In this document: positions 1 through 6,606 of the stretch, piece by piece
Layout of the letters: every line of letters starts with the position of its first letter
Numbering within the stretch: the first letter of the stretch is position 1
Source: Armatimonadota bacterium
GTDB lineage: Bacteria > Sysuimicrobiota > Sysuimicrobiia > Sysuimicrobiales > Kaftiobacteriaceae
Reading direction: 5' to 3'
Length of the DNA stretch: 35,001 bases
NCBI GenBank assembly: GCA_037440005.1
Contig: JBBIUY010000030.1
Span: 1-35,001 of the forward strand
The notes under the pieces: model-generated
The model's database searches: none
What the model saw: the letters and a program-made list of their open reading frames with translations, nothing else
Told to the model about the DNA's origin: nothing
Made by a program: the position numbers and the translations under genes

Positions 1-170
<170 letters not shown>

Positions 171-207
171 CCGCTTTAGGAGTAGCTGTGTGGAGCCTGC
201 GCGAGGT

Positions 208-287
208 GATGTCGAAGGACCAAGGTCAAGGTCGACGGCCCAGACCCCGTCGGGGTTGTGCTGTAGCCTCCCTTGACCTTCGACATC
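208..287 (+). repeat. Inverted-repeat hairpin built from degenerate 6-7 nt units in the 23S-5S spacer
   Basis: GATGTCGAAGG (208-218) is the reverse complement of CCTTCGACATC (277-287). AAGGTCAAGG (222-231) pairs with CCTTGACCTT (271-280). Confidence 0.7.
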
Positions 288-296
288 GACAGTTCG

Positions 297-414
297 TCCC
301 GGTGGCCATGCCGGAGGGGCCACACCCGTTCCCATTCCGAACACGGTCGTTAAGCCCTCCAGGGCCGATGGTACTGCACTGGCGACGGTGCGGGAGAGTA
401 GGTCGCTGCCGGGA
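297..414 (+). rRNA. rrf: 5S rRNA
   Basis: Contains CACACCCGTTCCCATTCCGAACACGG, GCCGATGGTACTG and GGGAGAGTAGGTCGCTGCCGGGA. The ends TCCCGGTGGC and GCTGCCGGGA pair. Length 118 nt. Confidence 0.98.
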
Positions 415-421
415 GTTCGTC

Positions 422-460
422 ACGCGGGGACGCGGCGTCGGCCGCGTCCCCGCGTCTTTT
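422..460 (+). terminator. Intrinsic terminator of the rRNA operon
   Basis: Perfect 15-bp stem ACGCGGGGACGCGGC / GCCGCGTCCCCGCGT with a 4-nt loop, followed by CTTTT. It lies between the 5S gene and a convergent CDS. Confidence 0.9.
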
Positions 461-477
461 GTGTGGGGCCGGGACCG

Positions 478-1320
478 TCAGGGGCGGGGCGCGATCACCT
501 GGAGCCAGTTGCGGGGGACCGCCGACAATCCCAGCTCCTCGAACGCCTCGTCCACCCCCCGGCGCAGGGCCTCGGCGCCCGCCTCCAGGGGGACACCCGG
601 CAGGGCGCCTTGGATGAACAGGGAAAACGAGCCGATGTCCTGCAGGCTCTGGCGGCTGAGCGGCTGCTGGTGCAGGGTGACCGTCGGCTCGCCGAACCCC
701 GCGGCCCGCAGCAGGTCCCGGTACTGGTCTACGGTGAGCCACTGCATGGCGGTGGCCTTGACGCCCCGGGTGACAGTGTGGCCCCGCTCGGCCAGCCACC
801 GCATCGCCCGCAGGACCCACAGGCGGTAAAAGCGCTGGGTGCCCTCGGGGTAGGCGCCGTGGAAGAAGGTGGTGTTGAAGGCGAGCAGGCCGCCCGGCTT
901 CAGGCAGCGGAAGATCTGGTCGAGTACCGCCGCCTTGTCGCCGATCAGGTGGATGGCGTTGGCGAAGACCACCCGGTCCACCGGCGGGACCAGGGCCGCC
1001 AGCCGTTCGGCGGTCCCCTGGATGAAGCGGACGATCCGGGAACGGATCCGCTGGTGGGCCCGGGCCAGCGCCGAGGGGGAGGGGTCCACGGCGTAGACGC
1101 AGGCGCCCGGGGCGGACTCGTCCATCTCGCGCAGGATCAGTTCGGTCACCGCGCCCGGCCCGCAGGCCAGGTCCACCACCGCGCCGTCCCGGGGGATGCG
1201 GCTGTGGGCGACCAGCCAGGCGTTGACCTGGCGGAAGAAAGGATGGCGGGCGAAGCGCTCAAACGAAAAGCGCTCATCCTCCTCCGCCGCCGGCCCGGCG
1301 GCCGCCACCGGCTCTTCCAC
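478..1320 (-). CDS. Class I SAM-dependent methyltransferase
   Basis: Motif I VVDLACGPG, then AVDPS, FIQGTAE and LKPGG. GTG start at 1320 chosen for the upstream GGGGAGGG Shine-Dalgarno (SD). The longer ORF to 1869 overlaps ssb. Confidence 0.85.
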   Translation of the reverse strand: MEEPVAAAGPAAEEDERFSFERFARHPFFRQVNAWLVAHSRIPRDGAVVDLACGPGAVTELILREMDESAPGACVYAVDPSPSALARAHQRIRSRIVRFIQGTAERLAALVPPVDRVVFANAIHLIGDKAAVLDQIFRCLKPGGLLAFNTTFFHGAYPEGTQRFYRLWVLRAMRWLAERGHTVTRGVKATAMQWLTVDQYRDLLRAAGFGEPTVTLHQQPLSRQSLQDIGSFSLFIQGALPGVPLEAGAEALRRGVDEAFEELGLSAVPRNWLQVIAPRP

Positions 1321-1400
1321 GGGTCCCCCCTCCCCGGGCTCTGGCGCCCCCGCAGGGTGTAGGGGAGGCTTCGGCCGGTCCGGGCCGATTCCTGCCGCGC

Positions 1401-1808
1401 CTATCCGCCCGAGGGGGCGGCCCGCCGCGGGGCGTCGAGAAAGACCACCTGGTCGGCCACCACCTCGGTGGCGGTGCGCCGTCCGCCCTCGGCGTCCACC
1501 TGCTCGACCCGCAGGTGGCCGGTGACCCCCACCAGGCGGCCCGTGCGCAGGTGCGCGGCCACCACCGCCGCCAGCTGCCGCCACGCCACCACCGGGATGA
1601 AGTCGGCGTCCCGTCGGCCGTCGCGTCCGGGCGACGCCCGCGGGACGGCCAGCACGAACCACGCCCGCTGCACCCCGTCGCCGGTCGTGCGGATCTCCGG
1701 ATCCCGGGCCAGCCGACCCACCAGAGAGACCGCGTTCAGGCCCCGCCCGCCCGCTCCCCGCGCGGGTGCGGACGGGCTGCTGTCGTCGTGGGCGCTGCGC
1801 TGTGACAT
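1401..1808 (-). CDS. ssb: Single-stranded DNA-binding protein, short form without acidic C-terminal tail
   Basis: OB-fold SSB motifs LNAVSLVGRLARDPEIR, ADFIPVVAW and TEVVADQVVFL. AAGGAG SD before the ATG. Confidence 0.92.
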   Translation of the reverse strand: MSQRSAHDDSSPSAPARGAGGRGLNAVSLVGRLARDPEIRTTGDGVQRAWFVLAVPRASPGRDGRRDADFIPVVAWRQLAAVVAAHLRTGRLVGVTGHLRVEQVDAEGGRRTATEVVADQVVFLDAPRRAAPSGG

Positions 1809-1840
1809 CGCCGTCTCCTTCCCTGTGCCGTGGTGGCCTC

Positions 1841-1869
1841 ACCGTACCGGAGGTCCGCCGGGAGGGCAA
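1841..1869 (-). promoter_or_regulatory. Putative sigma70-type promoter for ssb
   Basis: Minus strand reads TTGCCC-N17-TACGGT, ending 32 nt upstream of the ssb ATG. Confidence 0.5.
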
Positions 1870-1886
1870 TGACCCGGATGGGTCAT
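1869..1886. promoter_or_regulatory. Palindromic putative operator ATGACCC-N4-GGGTCAT
   Basis: Perfect 7-bp inverted repeat in the divergent ssb / cyclodeaminase intergenic region. Confidence 0.45.
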
Positions 1887-2003
1887 CGGGGCCCGGCCGC
1901 CAGGGGGGAGGCCGCCTCCGGCGACCGGCGGGCCGAGGTGGGGTGGACGCGAGCGCGGAGGCGGCCGGGCGCGGGCGGCGAACAGGACAGGCGGAGGGAT
2001 TCG

Positions 2004-2987
2004 ATGGCCCTGATCCTGCGGGAGGCCGACGTCCGCGCCCTGCTGCCGATGGCAGATGCCATCGACCTGATGGCCGACGCCCTGCGGGCGTTCTCCACCG
2101 GGCAGGTGGTGCAGCCGGTGCGGCTGGCGATGCTGGTGGAACGCCCCGGCGGGTACCTGGGCCTGATGCCGGCGTACCTGCGCACCTCCGGGCAGCCGCT
2201 GGGCGCCAAGGCGGTCACCTTCTACCCGGCAAACGCCGACCGGGGATTGCCCACCCACCTGGCGGTGATCCTGTTGTGGGACAGCGCCACCGGGGAGCTG
2301 CGGGCCATCCTGGACGGCCGGCTGATCACCGAGGTGCGCACCGCCGCCACCTCGGCGGCGGCGGCCCGGGCGCTGGCCCGGCCGGAGGCGGGGGTGCTGG
2401 CCATCCTGGGGGCGGGGGTGCAGGCGCGCAGCCACCTGGAGGCGCTGAGCCTGGTCCGTCCCCTGCGGGAGGTGCGGGTGTGGTCGCGGACCGCCGAACG
2501 CGCCGCCCGCCTGGCCGCCGAGGCGTCCACACGCCTGGGCGTGGCGGCGCGGGCGTGCGCCACCGCCGAGGAGGCCGTGCGCGGGGCGGACCTGATCGTC
2601 ACTGCCACGTCGTCCCCCACGCCCGTGCTGGCCGGAGCGTGGGTGGCTGCGGGCGCCCACATCACGGCCGTGGGCGCGGCGCGGCCCGACTGGCGGGAGA
2701 TGGACACCGAGGCGGTGCGCCGGGCGCGGGTGTTCGTGGACTCGCGCTCCGGAGCCCTGGCGGAGTCGGGGGACCTGCTCATCCCCCTGAAGGAAGGCGC
2801 CATCACCGCCGACCACATCGTCGGCGAGATCGGGGAGGTGCTGGCGGGCCGGGTGCCCGGGCGCACCGCCGACGCCGAGGTCACGCTGTTCAAGTCCCTG
2901 GGCATGGCGGTGGAGGACGTGGCCGCGGCGCACCTCGTGTACACCCGCGCCCGCCAGCGGGGCGTGGGAGAGGAGATCTCCCTGTAG
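2004..2987 (+). CDS. Ornithine cyclodeaminase / mu-crystallin family protein
   Basis: RTAATS, GAGVQA, ADLIVTAT, HITAVGA and TLFKSLGMAVEDVAAA motifs. GGAGG SD before ATG 2004. Confidence 0.93.
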   Translation: MALILREADVRALLPMADAIDLMADALRAFSTGQVVQPVRLAMLVERPGGYLGLMPAYLRTSGQPLGAKAVTFYPANADRGLPTHLAVILLWDSATGELRAILDGRLITEVRTAATSAAAARALARPEAGVLAILGAGVQARSHLEALSLVRPLREVRVWSRTAERAARLAAEASTRLGVAARACATAEEAVRGADLIVTATSSPTPVLAGAWVAAGAHITAVGAARPDWREMDTEAVRRARVFVDSRSGALAESGDLLIPLKEGAITADHIVGEIGEVLAGRVPGRTADAEVTLFKSLGMAVEDVAAAHLVYTRARQRGVGEEISL

Positions 2988-3074
2988 GGGAACGCCCCGG
3001 CGCGGGTGAAATACGCCGGGACGACGGTGGCGGCAGGGCCGCCGCGCAGGAGCGCCGTCGCGGGGAGGACGAGG

Positions 3075-4223
3075 ATGGGCAAGCGCATCGTGATCCTGGG
3101 CGGAGGTTTCGGCGGCATCACGGCCGCCCTCGCCCTCCGACAGGCGCTGGGACCCGAGCACGCCGTGACCCTGGTGGACCGCCGCGGCGAGTTCCTGATG
3201 GGCCTGCGCAAGCTGTGGATGCTGGTGGGGCGGGCCACCCGCCGGGAGGGGACGCGGCCGCTGGAGGCCCTGGCGGGCCGGGGAGTGCAGGTCCGGCGGG
3301 CCGCCGTCCGGGCCATCGACGTCCGCGCCCGGACGGTGACCACCGACGAGGGCGCGCTGCCCTTCGACTACCTGGTGGTGGCTCTGGGAGCGGAGCCGCG
3401 CCCCGACCTGATCCCCGGCTGGAGCCCGGCGGCCTGCAACCTCTACGACGCCGACGACGTGGAGCGGATCGCCCCGCGGATCCGCGGCCTGCGCGAAGGG
3501 CGCGTGCACGTGGCGGTGCTGGGCGTGCCCTACAAATGCCCGCCCGCTCCCTACGAAGCCGCGCTCCTGCTGGACGACCTCTTCCGCCGGCGCGGGCTGC
3601 GGGACGGGATGGAGATCCAGACCTCCACGGTCCAGCCCATGTCGCTGCCGGTGGCCGGCCCGGCGGCCTGCGCCCAGGTGGAGGGCCAGCTGGCGCGCCA
3701 GGGGGTCGGGTTTGCCCCCAACCGCCGTCCCCTGCGGCTGGAGGGGACGGCCGTGGTCTACGACTCCGGCCGCGTGGAGGCGGACGTGCTGCTGGCGGTG
3801 CCCCCGCACCGTCCGCCGGCCGTGGTCGCCGACAGCGGCCTCGCCCTGCGGGGCGAGTGGATCCAGGTGGATCCCGGCACGCTGCGCACCTCCGTGGACG
3901 GGATCTTCGCCGTGGGCGACGTGGTGGACATCCCCCTGGCCACGGGCATGGCGCTGCCCAAGGCGGGGGTGTTTGCCGAGCAACAGGCCCAGGTCGTCGC
4001 CGGACAGATCGCCGCCGAGATCGCGGGTACCGGGTCGTGGGCCCCCTTCGCCGGGGAGGGTTACTGCTTCATCGAGGTGGGCGGCGAGCAGGCGGCGATG
4101 GTGCGGGGCAACTTCTACGCCTCGCCGGCTCCGCAGCTGGAGGTCACGCCTCCCTCCGCCGAGGCCTACCGGCAGAAGGTGGAGTTCGAGCGGGAGCGCC
4201 TGCGGCGCTGGTTTGGCTCCTGA
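3075..4223 (+). CDS. FAD-dependent oxidoreductase, sulfide:quinone oxidoreductase / flavocytochrome c sulfide dehydrogenase-like
   Basis: GGGFGG FAD-binding loop, YKCPPAPYE, FAVGD, PKAGVFA and a second Cys in GYCFIE. GGAGG/GAGG SD upstream. Confidence 0.85.
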   Translation: MGKRIVILGGGFGGITAALALRQALGPEHAVTLVDRRGEFLMGLRKLWMLVGRATRREGTRPLEALAGRGVQVRRAAVRAIDVRARTVTTDEGALPFDYLVVALGAEPRPDLIPGWSPAACNLYDADDVERIAPRIRGLREGRVHVAVLGVPYKCPPAPYEAALLLDDLFRRRGLRDGMEIQTSTVQPMSLPVAGPAACAQVEGQLARQGVGFAPNRRPLRLEGTAVVYDSGRVEADVLLAVPPHRPPAVVADSGLALRGEWIQVDPGTLRTSVDGIFAVGDVVDIPLATGMALPKAGVFAEQQAQVVAGQIAAEIAGTGSWAPFAGEGYCFIEVGGEQAAMVRGNFYASPAPQLEVTPPSAEAYRQKVEFERERLRRWFGS

Positions 4224-4300
4224 ATCGGCCTCCGCCGGCCCGCGCCGCCGGGGTCTGATTCCCGGCGGGTGTTTCCGGGGCCGGCCTGTCCGTCTGTGTC

Positions 4301-4348
4301 CTCCCACATCTGGTAGGACCTCCGTGTCCGGGGCCCAGCATCTGGGGC
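4301..4348. promoter_or_regulatory. Tandem NrdR-box-like pair upstream of mraZ
   Basis: CTCCCACATCTGGTAG (4301-4316) and GCCCAGCATCTGGGGC (4333-4348), starts 32 bp apart. The reverse complement of the second is 13/16 identical to nrdR-promoter box 2. Confidence 0.55.
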
Positions 4349-4392
4349 CGCGCACCGCACGGGATTTTTTTGTCTTCCGAGGTCTGGGAGGA

Positions 4393-4417
4393 AGGAGATC
4401 GGGGAAATGAGTGGAAT
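4393..4417 (+). promoter_or_regulatory. Sigma-H-like promoter for mraZ/dcw (AGGA-N17-GAAT)
   Basis: AGGA at 4393-4396 and GAAT at 4414-4417. The same AGGAG-N13-GTGGAAT layout recurs upstream of ftsA. Confidence 0.6.
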
Positions 4418-4444
4418 AGAAGGCCACAAAGTGGTGAACGGTGG
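4411..4444 (+). promoter_or_regulatory. MraZ binding repeats (GTGG in 10-bp phase)
   Basis: GTGG at 4411, 4431 (within AAAGTGG) and 4441, directly before mraZ. This matches known MraZ autoregulatory repeats. Confidence 0.7.
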
Positions 4445-4449
4445 GATGC

Positions 4450-4872
4450 GTGCTCAGAGGGGAGCACCACTACTCGCTGGACGAGAAGGGCCGGATCGTC
4501 CTGCCCCCCAAGTTCCGCGCGGCCCTAGGCAACCGGGTGGTGGTGACCCGCGGTCTGGACGAGTGCGTGGCCGTCTACTCCCCTCAGGAGTGGGCGCGCA
4601 ACGAACGGAAGTTGCGCGGCCTGTCCGTCAGCCGGCGTGACTTCGTGCGGTTCATGCTGGCCAGCGCCGAGGACGTGGAGATCGACCGGCAGGGCCGCAT
4701 GACGATCCCGGCGCACCTGCGGGCCTACGCCAAGATCGAGCGGGACGCGGTGGTGGTCGGGGTGGGCAGCCGGCTGGAAATCTGGAGCCTGCAGAACTGG
4801 GAGCGCTACATCGCCCGGGTGCAGGCGGAGGCCACGGCCATCGCCGCCGAGCTGAAGGACCTGAGCCTGTAG
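4450..4872 (+). CDS. mraZ: Division/cell wall cluster transcriptional repressor MraZ
   Basis: Two DxxGR repeats (LDEKGRIVLP, IDRQGRMTIP), TRGLDEC and RLEIW. GTG at 4450 gives the typical MLRGEH start. Alternative start at 4441. Confidence 0.97.
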   Translation: MLRGEHHYSLDEKGRIVLPPKFRAALGNRVVVTRGLDECVAVYSPQEWARNERKLRGLSVSRRDFVRFMLASAEDVEIDRQGRMTIPAHLRAYAKIERDAVVVGVGSRLEIWSLQNWERYIARVQAEATAIAAELKDLSL

Positions 4873-4909
4873 ACGGCGGACCGGAGGGCAGCCCGTGCGG
4901 GGGGCGGGC

Positions 4910-5851
4910 ATGAGCGAGCCCGCGCACGTTCCGGTCCTGCTGGAGGAGACGGTGCAGTGGCTGCAGCCCCGCCCCGGCGGCGTCTACGTGGACGCCACGG
5001 TGGGCGCCGGCGGCCACGCCGAGGCCATCCTGGAGCGCATCGGGCCCGGCGGGCTGCTGGTGGGCATCGACCGGGACGGGGACGCCCTGGAGCTGGCCGC
5101 CCGGCGGCTGGCCCGGTTTGGGAGCGCGGTGGTGCTGGTGCACGACACCTATGCGGCCATCAAAGACGTGCTGCGGGCCCAGGGCCTGGACCGGGTGGAC
5201 GGCGTCCTGTTCGACCTGGGGGTCTCCTGGCTGCAGCTGAGCCGGCCCGAGCGGGGGTTCTCCTTCGCCCTGCCGGGGCCGTTGGACATGCGCATGGACC
5301 GGCGGCAGCGCACCACGGCGGCGGATCTGGTCAACGGCCTGCCCGCCGACGCGCTGGCGGACCTGCTGTGGCGCTACGGCGAGGAGCGGTGGGCGCGGCG
5401 GATCGCCCGCGCCATCGTCCGGGCCCGACCCCTGCGGACCACCGAGGAGCTGGCCCGGGTGGTACGGGAGGCGATCCCGCGGCGTGCCTGGCCCCGGACC
5501 ATCGATCCCGCGACGCGGACGTTCCAGGCGCTGAGGATGGCGGTGAACGACGAGCTGAGACATCTGGAGACGGCCATTCCCGATGCGGCGGAGGTACTCC
5601 GGGAGGCGGGTCGACTCTGCGCCATTACCTTCCACTCCCTGGAGGACCGAACCATCAAACACACCTTCCTGCGCCTCTCCCGTGGGTGCACCTGTCCTCC
5701 CGGGGCCTCCGCCTGCACCTGTGGGGGGAAACGGTGGCTGCGCGTGCTGACGCGCAGGCCCGTCACCCCCACCGCCGAGGAGATCGCCCGCAACCCCCGC
5801 GCCCGCAGCGCCAAGCTGCGGGTGGCGGAGCGGATCGCCGGTGGCCCGTGA
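4910..5851 (+). CDS. rsmH: 16S rRNA m4C1402 methyltransferase RsmH
   Basis: HVPVLL, DATVGAGGH, DLGVS, RGFSF, PLDMRM, FQALR, FHSLEDR and NPRARSAKLR. Alternative GTG start at 4895. Confidence 0.98.
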   Translation: MSEPAHVPVLLEETVQWLQPRPGGVYVDATVGAGGHAEAILERIGPGGLLVGIDRDGDALELAARRLARFGSAVVLVHDTYAAIKDVLRAQGLDRVDGVLFDLGVSWLQLSRPERGFSFALPGPLDMRMDRRQRTTAADLVNGLPADALADLLWRYGEERWARRIARAIVRARPLRTTEELARVVREAIPRRAWPRTIDPATRTFQALRMAVNDELRHLETAIPDAAEVLREAGRLCAITFHSLEDRTIKHTFLRLSRGCTCPPGASACTCGGKRWLRVLTRRPVTPTAEEIARNPRARSAKLRVAERIAGGP

Positions 5852-5912
5852 CGGTCGGAGGTCCGTCGGCCGCCCCCGGGCGCGCAGGAGGACGGTGGAC
5901 AGAGATCATAGA

Positions 5913-6023
5913 GGTGGGGCCGGGACGTCGGGGTCGGTCTTCGCACCTCCACACACACCCCGAAGATCCCCTCCGCAGCATCGAGAGCACCTCCGGCAGC
6001 CGATACCCGGCGCCCGGCCCCCC
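5913..6023 (+). ncRNA. Candidate structured RNA between rsmH and ftsL (unassigned)
   Basis: About 21-bp closing stem with G-U pairs, an inner hairpin TCTTCG/CGAAGA with a C/A-rich loop, and three CCTCC motifs. No family recognised. Confidence 0.45.
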
Positions 6024-6030
6024 ATAAGGT

Positions 6031-6111
6031 GTTGAAGGTTGGAGGTTGAAGGTTGGAGGGTGGAGGCGGACGGGCTTTCCTTCCTGTGACCTTCAACCTT
6101 CAACCTTCAAC
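6031..6111 (+). repeat. Heptamer tandem repeats arranged as an inverted repeat
   Basis: Five GTTG(A/G)AG-type units at 6031-6065 face three CTTCAAC units at 6091-6111. Confidence 0.9.
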
Positions 6112-6139
6112 TCGCAAAGGAGAGCGGTTAGACAGGGCG

Positions 6140-6601
6140 ATGCTGGCGCTGGTCCCGCAGTCCCGTCTGTACCCGGTCCTGCTGCCGCCCCAGGCGGCGG
6201 GCGGTGGGGCGACCCCTGCCCGCCGGCGGAGGCGCTCCATGGCGTCGGTGGTGGTCGCGGTGGCCGTGGTCGTCCTGCCGGCGGTGGTGCTGGTGGCCCA
6301 GCGCACCCACGCGGCCCGCACCGGGTATGCCATCCTCGCCCTGCAGGGCGAGGTCCAGACGCTGCAGGCGGAAAACGCCCGGCTGCTGGCGGAGGTGGCC
6401 GCGCTGCGCGCTCCCGACCGCATCGAGCGGATCGCCACCACCCAGCTGGGCATGGTGCCTCCCCGTCCCCAGCAGGTGGCCTCGCTGCCGGTGGCTCCGC
6501 CGGCGCGGGCGGTGGCCCGGGGTCCTGAGCCGTCGGTCCTGGACCGGGTAGTGGGGTGGCTGGTCCGCACCGAGGCGGCGGCCGCCGAGCCGGCGCCCTG
6601 A
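6140..6601 (+). CDS. ftsL: Cell division protein FtsL
   Basis: Basic stretch, one TM helix, coiled coil and PDRIERIATTQLGM motif. Lies between rsmH and the PBP gene. Confidence 0.88.
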   Translation: MLALVPQSRLYPVLLPPQAAGGGATPARRRRRSMASVVVAVAVVVLPAVVLVAQRTHAARTGYAILALQGEVQTLQAENARLLAEVAALRAPDRIERIATTQLGMVPPRPQQVASLPVAPPARAVARGPEPSVLDRVVGWLVRTEAAAAEPAP

Positions 6602-6606
6602 TCGGG

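Noticed and set aside
4225..4372. Possible 6S RNA or riboswitch upstream of mraZ
   Set aside because: I could not fold a long closing stem with a central bubble on either strand. The two small palindromes fit paired DNA operator boxes better. An Rfam search would settle it.
5686..5724. CxC...CxC insert in RsmH
   Set aside because: A common feature of RsmH in Bacillota and related phyla, so not novel.
5841..6035. Small ORF in the rsmH-ftsL gap (GTG 5895 after AGGAGG)
   Set aside because: The SD-start spacing is only 3 nt, the peptide has no recognisable features, and RNA structure explains the sequence better.
6031..6111. Repeat considered as a CRISPR array or an intrinsic terminator
   Set aside because: The units are 7 nt with no spacers and no cas genes are present. 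No U-tract follows the stem.
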